DNA of 38,798 nucleotides, from positions 45,854,680 through 45,893,477 of the forward strand of contig NC_068993.1 in assembly GCF_001194135.2 (NCBI RefSeq). The letters are read 5' to 3'. The translations under genes and the position numbers were made by a program. The notes below the pieces were generated by a model. The model was not told the origin of the DNA and did not search any database. It saw nothing but the letters and a program-made list of their open reading frames with translations. Of this stretch, positions 1-11,590 are shown piece after piece. This DNA is from Octopus bimaculoides (lineage: Eukaryota). The stretch's first letter is position 1. Each line of letters begins with the position of its first letter.

Positions 1-17
1 TATATATATATATATAC

Positions 18-50
<33 letters not shown>

Positions 51-57
51 CCCATCC

Positions 58-94
<37 letters not shown>

Positions 95-100
95 CCTATC
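1..100. repeat. (TA)n followed by (TCTA)n microsatellite
   Basis: Directly visible simple repeats. Confidence 0.95.
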
Positions 101-295
101 TGTAATATTTTGGACTAATCGGTACTTATCAATTCGTATGCTCTTATGTTGTACCAGTAAAGCAATAGCACAGTTTTGGGCTACCTGGTGCTATCAGCAG
201 TTAGGGTATATTTCGTTGGATCAACAGAAGATAGATTTGGTATAACTCCTTATTTTGTACGAGGATCGTTCCGAACCATCCTGTGACTGTCCCTA

Positions 296-356
296 ATGGG
301 TGAGATGCTGTGCATCATACTGTGTTGCATCAATTTTGCAGTCTGTGTCACAACAG
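296..356 (+). CDS. Possible first coding exon encoding a signal-peptide-like segment (MGEMLCIILCCINFAVCVTT-G), phase-1 donor
   Basis: ATG at 296 with in-frame upstream TGA (284-286), hydrophobic stretch, ends at ACAG|GTACAT (356|357). No downstream exon identified, so weak. Confidence 0.25.
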
Positions 357-384
357 GTACATTCACATATATGTATATACCTAT

Positions 385-518
385 CTGTGTGTGTCTTTGT
401 GTCTGAATTTGTCCCCAACAAACACTTGACAACCGGTGCTGGTCCATTTATGTTCCCGTAAACTAGCGGTTCGGCAAAAGAAACCAATAGGATAAGTACA
501 AGGCTTACAAAAACAATA

Positions 519-520
<2 letters not shown>
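385..520 (+). mobile_element. SINE family B (tRNA-derived, internal microsatellite), 3' fragment
   Basis: gtgtctttgtgtctg...tagcggttcggcaaaagaaacc; matches the post-microsatellite part of the copy at 6161-6590 and the fragment at 1795-1995. Confidence 0.65.
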
Positions 521-557
<37 letters not shown>

Positions 558-1259
558 CACGCACATACATGCTTACGTANNNNNNNNNNNNNNNNNNNNN
601 NNNNNNNNNNNNNNNNNNNNNNNNNNNNNNNNNNNNNNNNNNNNNNNNNNNNNNNNNNNNNNNNNNNNNNNNNNNNNNNNNNNNNNNNNNNNNNNNNNNN
701 NNNNNNNNNNNNNNNNNNNNNNNNNNNNNNNNNNNNNNNNNNNNNNNNNNNNNNNNNNNNNNNNNNNNNNNNNNNNNNNNNNNNNNNNNNNNNNNNNNNN
801 NNNNNNNNNNNNNNNNNNNNNNNNNNNNNNNNNNNNNNNNNNNNNNNNNNNNNNNNNNNNNNNNNNNNNNNNNNNNNNNNNNNNNNNNNNNNNNNNNNNN
901 NNNNNTATTTTTAATTTGCAGTCCACTACCAGCAAAGTAATTTGGAAAAGAAATGAAAACCGAAACAAAGCAACGCTTAAAGAAGCTGAAATATAGCCGA
1001 TAGGATACGAACTAGATTTTTATGTGTTAATTGTTTCAAGTTCTCACAGGGGATACATTCTTTAATAATGCAATTGTTTTCTTGTCAAATAGCAATAGCT
1101 AGCTAAAAATGCTTATTGCATGTTTTATGAACGACACGTTAGAATTCTAGAAAAAATGTAATTAAATAACTCAGCAAAGTTCAGCGAATCACCTCGATAT
1201 TAGGTTACATAAAATAGGTTACAAATCTTCAACATTTTTGCACGTGGCTAGTCATCAAA

Positions 1260-1301
<42 letters not shown>

Positions 1302-1303
1302 CA

Positions 1304-1348
<45 letters not shown>

Positions 1349-1411
1349 ATAATAATAATAATAATAATAATAATAGTAGTAGTAGTAATAATAATAATAA
1401 TAATAATAATG

Positions 1412-1460
<49 letters not shown>
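1260..1460. repeat. Compound (TAC)n(TAA)n trinucleotide microsatellite
   Basis: Directly visible; source of poly-L/I/S ORFs. Confidence 0.95.
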
Positions 1461-1463
<3 letters not shown>

Positions 1464-1794
1464 TAAATTCCCTGAGGCATTGACTCTCATGGCTTCTGTT
1501 CACAACTGATCGGGAGTGTTTTCTTATATATGTTTTGTTTTGGTGCAAAAAAAAAAAAACGGTTACAGCAAATATTCTGCTGAATACCATAGACTTGATT
1601 GTCACTTGCTTGATCTTAACCAGTTGAGCATGCCCCCTAGTGACTGAAAATATGTGCAACTCTGATCACGCGCATAATAATAATGATGATTTCATTTATT
1701 TACCACAAGGGCGAAGGATGAGGGGGACAATATAGAGACAGACATAAAACGTAGGGGTTTTACATATGATGAAATGATAAAAAAAACATTATAT

Positions 1795-1995
1795 TTGTGT
1801 CATTATTCGTGTCCTTGCCCACTTGAAAACCAGTGTTTTTTTTAGTCTCTTTAATTTAGCGGAACGGCAAAAGACAAAGGTAGATTATTTATCGAATTTC
1901 AAACCAAAATATATAGTGAGGTGATTTGTTCTACTAAACAACCACCTCAAAGAGATGTCCCAGCATGGTTGTTGCCCACTGACTAAAACTCGTAA
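1795..1995 (+). mobile_element. SINE family B, degenerate 3' fragment
   Basis: ttagcggaacggcaaaagac...cccagcatgg...gactaaaactcgtaaaaataaaa; similar to 385-520 and to the reverse complement of 37620-37710. Confidence 0.55.
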
Positions 1996-2889
1996 AAATA
2001 AAACGGTATGTTCAAACCATCTCCACTTTGCAAAACACCAATACTATAAAGTCCACTACATTATGCCTAAAACACCCACTAATAGCTACCGGGTTACAAA
2101 TCTCATACATAACGGTTTGGAAAACAATACTGTGAAAGTGGTGTTGTGAAATGTCGACCCAAATACACGAATAAAATGGGGAGATGCTGTCGCCTGGAAG
2201 GAGTACCATCATAAGTTTGATTAAAAGGGGACAACAAAGGGATAGAGTCTAAACTGGCTAAACAACAACAACAACGACAACTACTACTAGTACTACTACT
2301 ACTACTACTACTACTAGTGTTTCTCTGAATGCTGCATCCAGCTATTCAACCATCTAACTATCCATCCTTCCTTCCATCCCTCATTCTTTCATTTCTTCCT
2401 TTCTTTCTTCCTTCCGTCCAGTCATTCGCCCCTTGATCCTTCCTTCCATCCTTCCCCCCTTTCTTTCCACCATTAACGGAATCCCCGAAAAATGTCCATG
2501 GATTTGCCCTTCATCTTAAGGAACAATAAAAGTCTACAACAACAAGAACATCAACAACTATACTTGCTACTAAATAACATACTGAACTCTTACTGATCAG
2601 GGGAAAGTGTGGAGCCCCGTACCAAACGTTTCACGGCATTGTGTAATATCCGGGTATTGCATCCAAATTGCTCCAGTATTCTTTGTTTTCCATTTTCCAT
2701 TCAATACCTGCCGGATCGATAAAATAGATTACTAAACATGCAAAAGGTCGATTCAATTGGTTATATTTCTCATGTGCCAATATTTCTGATCGATATTCTA
2801 TCGATCGTACTGGAAACATTGTTGAATGTCAACAATGTTTCTGTTCAGTTTCGCTTCTATATTGGAAAGATTCGTGTATTAAATCAGAC

Positions 2890-3350
2890 ATGCACACACA
2901 CATGCATACACAAATACACAGACGCGCGCGCGCATACACAAGCACCCACACATACACCTACACATATTTTTGTATACATACATCAACACTTATACACATG
3001 CACACATATACGCATATGAATAAATCCTTGAAGACTCCTATGCCTGTACTTATATACAGGCATACATATATATATATGTATACATACATTCATACATGCA
3101 TATGTATACATACATTCATAGCCATTCATACATGCATGCATACCGTATACATACATGCATCATTCATGCATTCATGCATGCATACATGCATACATACATA
3201 TATACATACATGCATACTTACACATAAACGTGCACACACACACACACACACGCACTTACACATATACACACAGACAACAATACATACGTACTCACATGTC
3301 CCCCCACACACATACATACATACATGCACTTAAACACATACGCACAATGT
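2890..3350. repeat. (CA)n/(CATA)n/(CATG)n cryptic microsatellite
   Basis: Directly visible. Confidence 0.9.
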
Positions 3351-3529
3351 AAATAAAAGCACACGGACACACCCGTGTGTGTGATGGGGTTAGGGTGTGT
3401 ATTAATTAACATATTTCAGTAATTAGTACCGAAAATCGTTAAATATTAAATCGAAGGGGCATTTTTCGTGACAAGAACTAGCGTTCTGTATCATTTGTTT
3501 TGCTTATGGAATATTTTTTGAGGCATATT

Positions 3530-3890
3530 CTTAATAGTATTTCATAACTTTTTTTCACTGCTAATGACGTTTCATAACATTATACTACTAATGACATGTC
3601 ATAAAACGAATATTTCTAATACCGTCATATAAATTAGATCGCTAATGCCATACTTTTTCATGTATATCGTCAATGGCGTGTCACAAGTTCTGAATTGTTA
3701 ATTATGTGTCATAACATGGATATTCGTAATAGTATATCATAGCGTGTGTGTTGATAATAATAGGTCATATGTAAATTACTAAAGACGTCGTAACATGCAT
3801 CACGCTGATAACATATCATATAATGTGTACCGCAAATTGTATGTCATATCATGTGTATTCCCAATAGTATGTCACATAAGATATCTTACG
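3530..3890. repeat. Degenerate ~28-bp minisatellite, about 13 units (consensus roughly GCTAATAGTATGTCATAACATGTATATC)
   Basis: Recurrent (g)ctaat...tgtcata motif at 25-29 nt spacing, read by eye. Confidence 0.6.
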
Positions 3891-3898
3891 ACATACAT

Positions 3899-4096
3899 GG
3901 ACTTCAAACTTTGGCAGAAGGCCAGCAAGTTTGCAGGAAAAGGGTTAAGTCGATTATAACAACACCAGTGCTCAACTGGTACTTCTTTTATCGACCCTGA
4001 AAAGACGATGGAATTTGAGTTGAGAGCGTAAAGACGGACGAAATTTTGCTAGGCATTTTGCCCGTTGTGATAACGATTCTGCCAGCTCGCCGCTTT
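3899..4096 (-). mobile_element. SINE family A (~220 bp, tRNA-derived)
   Basis: Reverse complement begins aaagcggcgagctggcagaatcgtt and contains gggtcgataaaagaagtaccagttgagcactgg, matching the copies at 6712-6925 and 9595-9818. Confidence 0.85.
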
Positions 4097-4250
4097 ATTT
4101 ACATCTATTATTAAAAATATAATCTTAGGATGTATATAATTATTCACCTCTCATATGAACAACGCCGAAAACATTTACCTGATCGTCATATATCAAAGAG
4201 TATATTCCCATTAAAAAAAAAAAAAGGTATCTTAATTTATCGATTTAATA

Positions 4251-4412
4251 CAGAGTTGTTAGCGCGTCGGAGAAAACATATCTTCCGGCACCATATAATC
4301 CGAGTTCAAATTCCACCGAGGTCTACTTCGCTTTCCATTCTTTCGCGGTCGATTTTGTAAGTACCACTCATGTACGAGAGGCGAGTAATCGGAATGCCCC
4401 TCCCCTCAAGAT
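4251..4412 (+). mobile_element. SINE family A, degenerate copy
   Basis: gagttcaaattccaccgaggtctacttcgctttccattctttcgcggtcgat...aagtacca. Confidence 0.75.
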
Positions 4413-4654
4413 CTTAACCATTATCATTTAAAAAATCATCAAAGCCGATAAGAGTATGTACAAAAATAATAAAAATAAGAACGTGAACAACAGCAATACC
4501 ATCAACATTAAATTAACACCATTCTATCACTCCTCCTACAACAACACCCCAGACATTATCTCAACCAATTCCAATTACAACCACTTTCATAATTACCATA
4601 AATTCTCTCTTTCTATTCCCTCCATCACCCACTCCTCTTTACCAATATTTTAAA

Positions 4655-4970
4655 TCAACCCATTCTATCCCCGCCATCACAAATTCGAACCCTAAACTCA
4701 TTAATATTAGTATCATCACCATCTATATCACCATCATCACAATCGCCACTAGCAGCAGTAGCACCAGCACCACCAGCGCCAGCAACACCACCAGCACCAG
4801 CAGCACCACTACCACCACCACCACTAGCAGCACCAGCACCGCATCCGCCGCCGCCACCTTCACCACCATCAAGGAGACCACCACCCCACCTNNNNNNNNN
4901 NNNNNNNNNNNNNNNNNNNNNNNNNNNNNNNNNNCTCCTCCATCCCCCCCCGCCGCCGCCGCCGCCGCCG
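4655..4970. repeat. CAC/CAG/GCC cryptic trinucleotide repeat with N gap
   Basis: Directly visible; produces Gly-rich and Val-rich pseudo-ORFs. Confidence 0.85.
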
Positions 4971-5027
4971 GAGGGCATAAAGCAAAGAATTTTGACCGAC
5001 TCGCTAACGGTACATTAATATTGATTT

Positions 5028-5237
5028 TCACTATAGGAACGAGGCCTGAAAAATTGTTCGGCAGAGGCTAGTCTATTAAAAAAATTCCGGTACTTAACTG
5101 GTATGTATTTTATCGATCCCAAAAAGGATGTGAGGCAAGGAGATCTTGGTGGCATTCGAACTTAGAGCACAAAGTCAGAAGAAATGCTGCTAAGCATTTT
5201 GTCTAGCGCGGTAACGAATCTGACAGAAATCCACCTC
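5028..5237 (-). mobile_element. SINE family A, degenerate copy
   Basis: ggcctgaaaaatt...actggtatgtattttatcgatcccaaaaaggatg...taagcattttgtctagcgcggtaacgaatctg is the antisense of the family A sequence. Confidence 0.75.
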
Positions 5238-6160
5238 GAATCGGTACGTTGATATCGAAATCAGATCCTCTAAAACTGATTAGATTAAATAAATAAATAT
5301 CAAAAAACTTAAAAACTAAATAATAAATACATAATAAATAAACATATAAATAACCGCCCAACAATCAGTAGATTTTTCTCTTCTCTAAATCAAACACATC
5401 GCAAACAAAAAAAATAGCACAAGGAGAAACAAACAAAACCATGAAACAATAACAAAAACAAAAAAAAAATACCTGTACTTCACAATCTAAATCGACAAAC
5501 AAAAAGAGAATACATGAATAAAAATTAAAATATACCGAAGCATGTGTCAATAACAATAAATAAATAACTAAATAAATAACTTGAATCAAAGTTTGTAGAA
5601 CAACAAAAACAAGAAAACATATAATTGTTGAGAGAAGAAGAAAAGTAAAAGTAACAACAAGAACAGAAACAATAAAATAAACAAGAAAACAGTCATGGAA
5701 ACAATGACAACAACAGGAACAACAACACAACAACGAGAACAACTTCAATGGTATACAAAATAAAAATAAACAATTAAAAAAAAGCAACAGTAGTAAAAAA
5801 ATAAATATATTACAAAGAAAATTAAGAAGCTTTAGTATAAGCGAAATACTTTGTAAAGAATATTGGCAAGAGTTAATTAGGCATCAATCTTGAAGAATAA
5901 CAGGAGAGAAATAAGATGGTATAATATGTGGGCGAAGAAAACGAAACAGAAGCGAAGAATGCTTTTTAATGGTTGTGGCTAATTTTCCAGTCAAACGTAA
6001 TTTAGCAAAAACACTATCCTTGGAAGCATTTACTAAGTTGCTCATTTGAACATCCAAATAAGGTAGCTACTTCTCTGTTCACATTCCACCCTCCCTCTTT
6101 TCAAAACAAACAAACTAAAATTACAAAAAAAAAAACAACACAAACGGAAATGTTATAAAC

Positions 6161-6590
6161 GTAGGCGTGGCTGTAGGTTAAGATGCTCGTTTTACAATCA
6201 CGTGCTTTCAGGTTCAGTACCGTTGCGCAGCACCTTGGGTGAAGTCTCCAGCTGTAGCCTCGGGTTGCCCAATACCTGATTGTGAATTTTGCTGACGGGG
6301 CTGTATCTATTATGTATGTATGTATGCATGCATGTATGTATGTATGTATGTATGTATGTATGTATGTATGTACATATATGTCGGTTTGTCAGTCTGTTTC
6401 TACCTATCAATCTCTCTCTCTATATATATGTGTGTGTGTGTGTGTGCGTGTGTGTCTGTGTGTGTGTTTGTGTGCGTGTGTATGTGTGTATTTGTGTATG
6501 GATGGATATATGTGTCTATGCTTGTATGTGTCTTTGTGTCCAGATTGATCCCTACATCTCCTGAGACAACACATGTTCGTTCGTTTACGT
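6161..6590 (+). mobile_element. SINE family B: tRNA-like head, CORE-like caccttggg segment, internal (TATG)n/(TG)n microsatellite
   Basis: gtaggcgtggctgtaggttaag...ggttcagtaccgttgcgcagcaccttgggtgaagt...gcctcggg; head shared with 32068-32170 and 37770-37900 (-). Resembles known Octopus OK/OR-type SINEs; exact family not assigned. Confidence 0.7.
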
Positions 6591-6711
6591 TAATAATAAT
6601 AATAATAACTAGCTGGACCTGTGAAAAATTCACGGAAAATATAAGAAATGTAAGCATTTGTAAATTGTGTAATGGTGCCATGTTAAATGTTTCTATATTG
6701 TGACAGTTAAA

Positions 6712-6925
6712 TGCGGCGAACAGGAAGAATCGTTAGTACACCGAGCGAAATGCTGAGCGGTATTTCGTCTGTCTTTACGTTCTGAGTCAAAATTCTGCCG
6801 AGGTCGACTTTGTCTTTCATCCTTTCAGGGTCGATAACTTAAATACCAGTTGCGTACTGGAGTCGATCTAATCGACTGCCTCCCCTTCCCGTAAAAATTT
6901 CAGGACTTGTGTCTAGAGCAGAAAA
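6712..6925 (+). mobile_element. SINE family A, near full length, with 19-bp target-site duplication
   Basis: B-box-like gagtcaaaattc; TSD ctatattg(t/c)gacagttaaa at 6693-6711 and 6926-6944. Confidence 0.9.
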
Positions 6926-7409
6926 CTATATTGCGACAGTTAAAGAATTTAAAAAGAAGTGTAAAACCGATGACTATATAATCCAGCCAAAAATATCTGT
7001 TACGCAAACTTTGCTTTTAAAACAATAAATCTCCAAATGATTCAGAGTGTTTCAATTGAAAAACATATACGAATGTATTAGACAGTTATTGTTTAGAAGG
7101 TGAAGATATTTCTGAAATACTCACCTAATATGCAAGGTCGCAGTAAATAGGATACGGTAATTAATTATATTGTAGGAAAGTAAAAAGTAAAGGGGACAAA
7201 AATAGAAATAATATTTTTGATTTTGTTCGGCTGTATGAATTTAGATTTTTTTAAATGCTTTCGTCAATTGCTTGATACAAGAAAAAAGAAATTGGAAAGA
7301 TCTTGACCAAAACAGAGAAATTGTAACTTAACAAAAATATAGAAAGAGAAAGAATAGGTTGTATTCGAAAGCCAAAAGTTGTTTTATAACTGAGGTGTAA
7401 TTTTATTAG

Positions 7410-7733
7410 GAGCACTCCGTCTGTTACGACGACGAGGGTTCCAGTTGATCCGATCAACAGAACAGCCTGCTCGTGAAATTAACGTGCAAGTGGCTGAGCA
7501 TTCCACAAACACGTGCATGTTTCACGTAGTTTTCGGGGATATTCAGTGTGATACAGAATGTGATAAGGCTAGCCCTTTTGAAATACAGGTACTACTCGCT
7601 TTTGCCAGTTGAGTGGACTGGAGCAACGTGAAATAAAGTTTCTTCCTCAAGGACACAATGCGTCGGCGGGAATTGAACTCACGGCCTTACAATCATGAGC
7701 CGAATGCCCTAACCACTAGGCCACGCGCCTTCA
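7410..7733 (-). mobile_element. SINE family C (tRNA head, CORE-like domain, ~170-bp tail shared with family D)
   Basis: RC: gaaggcgcgtggcctagtggttaggg (A box)...gagttcaattccc (B box)...gtgtccttgaggaag (CORE-like)...tail aactacgt...gatcaactggaaccctcgtcgtcgtaacagacggagtgc. Confidence 0.9.
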
Positions 7734-7840
7734 CTGTAATCGTATAATAAAAACAAATCCAAAATTTAAATTTCGGAATATAAGACTTAACATTATCTGG
7801 TGTATGGAAAAATTCAAATGGGTAGAAGACCTAATACAAA

Positions 7841-7875
<35 letters not shown>

Positions 7876-7940
7876 GAGTGAGTGTGTGTGTCTGTGTGTC
7901 TGTGTGTGTGTATGTCTATGTGTGTGTGTGTGTGTGTGTG

Positions 7941-8066
7941 GTTGGGCCTGTAATAGCCACGGGTCAATTTCAGTTCAATCGTAGAAGGAATTCAAATACC
8001 TATCAGCCACTCCCTCTCACTCTTTCAACTTTCTCACTTCTCACCCTTGCTCGACANNNNNNNNNN

Positions 8067-8121
<55 letters not shown>

Positions 8122-8236
8122 TTGGGCCTTTAATAGCCACGGGTCAATTTCAGTTCAATCGTAGAAGGAATTCAAATACCTATCAGCCACTCCCTCTCAC
8201 TCTTTCAACTTTCTCACTTCTCACCCTTGCTCGACA
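7941..8236. other. 116-bp near-identical direct duplication across a 10-N gap (probable assembly overlap artefact)
   Basis: 7941-8056 equals 8121-8236 except one base; each copy follows a (TG)n tract; gap at 8057-8066. Confidence 0.8.
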
Positions 8237-8589
8237 CGCGTCAGATTTCAGTATCTTAATTTTCTCATTATGGTTAATCCTGTTTCCGTGGCCCAATAGG
8301 GATGGGTGATCAGAAGTAGTAATACAACGTACAGTTGGTGGTTTCAAATCTCTTCCCGAAATTACAGGAAATCTAATTAATTTTTTTATTTATTTAAGCA
8401 ACAAAATTTCTTTCAATAATTTCTTTCTCTTAAGCGTGACACACGCGTCATGTACGTACAAAAACAAACTGGCGTATTAATATTATTGATTGTAATAATA
8501 ATAATAATAATCCTTTCTACAACAACACGAACATTTGCAGCAATAAATGTCGAAGAATATAATGAAAATGCGTGAGATTTCAATGAGAG

Positions 8590-9450
8590 AAACATCTAGA
8601 GAACATAGCTGGAAAGCAAAAGCAATACACGACGAATTAACTTAACAAATGGAAGAATTTGGAAATGAGTAATCTTGTTTGTAGGTATGAAATTGAAACC
8701 GGAAAAGTGTGAATCAATTGTAAAATATAGCCCCTCAGGAACTAGCTATTTAACTAGATTTTGAAAATATAAAGATTTGCCACTCGCTAAAGCCAAATGT
8801 TGAGTGTATGGGAAAGGGGGCAAAACTATTTATTACATTCAAAGCTATAACAGTAGGCTTGCACAAAAAGACTATAAAAACAGATATGAATGTGTGAGTT
8901 AAAGAGTTCAATATAGTATTAAAAGGTTTCTAGATTTGAAGTGACAGAACAGTAATATAAATACGAACTGGTGATTGCAGTGGTTAATTGTAACTTAAAG
9001 ATTTTAAGGATTTTAAGGTGTCTCCAAGGAGATTGACGATTGTATAGAAGCCAAAGGAACAGATGTGATTGTGGAAGATAGAAAAAACAGCAACAAATAT
9101 TCAAAGGTCATTAGCTTTGCCATCTGGTATAATTGTAAAATGGATATGAAACTGGCTGAAAAAATTGAGAAATACCAGGATGTCATTAGAAATGAGACAG
9201 AAATTGTGAAATAGAAAAGGGAAAATTCTTCATATAGAAACTGGCATTTGATGAAACATTCAGACAGCTATTAAAGTGGCTAAAGGATATTGGTATTGAG
9301 ACATATTCTGGAATTGCAGAAAATGCCATCTTATAATTCTTATAAAATATCAAGCAAGACCGCAAGGATTTCAAGTGAGACTTGTTGTCACCAAATTACT
9401 AGATAACATCTTCAATTAAAGCAGCATGGACTAGCTTTTCCACAATAACG
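8590..9450 (+). mobile_element. Decayed 3' portion of an R4/Dong-type non-LTR retrotransposon (post-RT, zinc-knuckle remnant, RLE, 3' UTR)
   Basis: Manual translation with stops/frameshifts: WKAKAIH (8610), KAKC*VYGKGGKTIYYI..RLAQKDYKNR (8789-8884), IEAKGTDVIVEDRKN..ISFAIWYN..EKIEKYQD (9044-9181), KWLKDIGIET (9274). These follow the W-K-K-LHG / CCHC / PD..D / E-K-KY order of RLE elements. Confidence 0.75.
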
Positions 9451-9454
9451 ATAA

Positions 9455-9523
9455 GACTACTACTAATTCTACTACTACTACTACTACTACTGATGATGAT
9501 GATGATGATGATGATCATGAGTA

Positions 9524-9582
<59 letters not shown>

Positions 9583-9594
9583 GTTGTTGTTGTT
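9455..9594. repeat. Compound (TAC)n(GAT)n(ATT)n(GTT)n microsatellite
   Basis: Directly visible. Confidence 0.95.
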
Positions 9595-9818
9595 AAGGCA
9601 GCGAGCTGGAAGAATGGTTAGCACGCCGAGCGAAATGCTCAGCGGTATTTCGTCTGCCGCTGCGTTTTGAGTTCAAATTCCGACGTGGTTGACTTTGCTT
9701 TCATCATTTCGAGGTCAATAAATTAAATACCAGTGAAACACTGGGAGATCGATGTAGTCGACCTGTCCCCTCCTCCAAATTTCTAGGCCTTGTACCTTTA
9801 TTAGAAAGGATTATTATT
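9595..9818 (+). mobile_element. SINE family A, full length
   Basis: aaggcagcgagctggaagaatggttagcacgccg...gagttcaaattcc...ttagaaaggattattatt. Confidence 0.9.
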
Positions 9819-9828
9819 ACCAATTATT

Positions 9829-10045
9829 AAGGCAGTGAACTCGCAGAATCGTTAGGAAGCCGGGCGAAATGCTTAACAGTATTTCATCTGCCGCTACGTT
9901 CTGAGTTCAAATTCCGCCGAGGTCGACTTTGCCTTCCATCCCCTCAGAGTCCATAAAATAAGTACAATCTGAACACGGGGGGATGTAATCGAGTCAACCT
10001 CCTTTCCAAAACTGCTGGCCTTGTGCCAAAATTTGAAATGACTAT
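9829..10045 (+). mobile_element. SINE family A, full length, tandem to the previous copy
   Basis: aaggcagtgaactcgcagaatcgttagg...ctgagttcaaattccgccgaggtcgactttgcc...ggccttgtgccaaaatttgaa. Confidence 0.9.
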
Positions 10046-10333
10046 AATTATAATTATCGTTGATATTAATTAGTATTATGGTTGTTGTTATCGTTATCAA
10101 TGTTTGTAGTAATAGGTGTATTTATAGCCTATTTCCACTTCCAGCATTATTCGTACCATTACTACGACTAATATTTACGCTAAATCTACTACCGCCACGA
10201 CCATCACTAGCGCTAACAAAAATAACTCCTGCAGCCACAATTATTCCCATCCCCACCATCATTGACACCACCTCCACCACCATCACCATTAACACTACTA
10301 CTACTACTACCAGTACTGGTGCTACTACTACTG

Positions 10334-10365
<32 letters not shown>

Positions 10366-11542
10366 NNNNNNNNNNNNNNNNNNNNNNNNNNNNNNNNNNN
10401 NNNNNNNNNNNNNNNNNNNNNNNNNNNNNNNNNNNNNNNNNNNNNNNNNNNNNNNNNNNNNNNNNATTTATTTATCTATTTATTTATTAGCCAACACCTT
10501 ACTGTGTTTACTACATGGAGAGGCTAGAGGCTATCTAATTTTTTTTTCATTAATTGGACTTCCGAAATTCCTCCTCGTCTGCTTGTCAAGAACTGCATTT
10601 AATGTTAATTATTCATTTTGCCATTATCACTACTATTTCAATATGATTAAATGATATTTCCGTCTCACTACCTTATATAGGTTAACAAGTCCGGAAATCA
10701 TTTCTGGGATACTTGCCAATATGTATAGTATTTTTGATTGTTTAATCAATGAGTAATTTTCACACTAACGCTATATATCATTTTTATTGTCTTTGTAAGA
10801 CTTGAAATGGAGGAATGTGTCGGATTTTCTTTTCTTGAAACGGTTCTAATTGAACCAAAATCTATCAAAAACCCCCATACCTGACTCTTTACATTCTCCA
10901 TGTCCTCGGCAAAAACTTTAAAAATTTCCTGAATTATTCCCCATATCATCTTGTCAAGAGGTAGTATTAAAGCTAATGAGTTTTCTTCTCATTTTATTAT
11001 ACGAGAGGGAAAAATGAAGTGATGTAGCTTTTATTTGTATTACCGTGTGATTGACGCTCGTATGTGTATACATCTTGAAAAAAATAAGTAAAATATCTAC
11101 ACATTGGAAACACAAACGCACATACATATATATAAAATACATATATATGTGTGTGTGTGTGTGTGTTTATTCTATATGTATACGTACACACATCTGTATG
11201 TGCGTATAATATGTGCATATATATATNNNNNNNNNNNNNNNNNNNNNNNNNNNNNNNNNNNNNNNNNNNNNNNNNNNNNNNNNNNNNNNNNNNNNNNNNN
11301 NNNNNNNNNNNNNNNNNNNNNNNNNNNNNNNNNNNNNNNNNNNNNNNNNNNNNNNNNNNNNNNNNNNNNNNNNNNNNNNNNNNNNNNNNNNNNNNNNNNN
11401 NNNNNNNNNNNNNNNNNNNNNNNNNNNNNNNNNNNNNNNNNNNNNNNNNNNNNNNNNNNNNNNNNNNNNNNNNNNNNNNNNNNNNNNNNNNNNNNNNNNN
11501 NNNNNNNNNNNNNNNNNNNNNNNNNNNNNNNNNNNNNNNNNN

Positions 11543-11590
<48 letters not shown>

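Noticed and set aside
569-968. ORFs spanning N gaps (also 11104-11766, 26618-27466, 34089-34828)
   Set aside because: Length comes from X residues; no coding evidence.
1238-1659. Poly-L/I/V/S ORFs and the many HT/CV/YI/LS-repeat ORFs throughout
   Set aside because: Translations of di-, tri- and tetranucleotide microsatellites.
3386-3396. TTAGGG telomere-like motif
   Set aside because: Single unit; expected by chance.
4655-5031. Gly/Ala-rich ORF resembling a structural protein
   Set aside because: Antisense reading of a CAC/CAG/GCC cryptic repeat with an N gap, wedged between SINEs; no splice or domain support.
7660-7733. tRNA genes suggested by A/B boxes (also 6161, 23555, 36750)
   Set aside because: Cloverleaf stems do not close and each continues into a repeat body; these are SINE heads.
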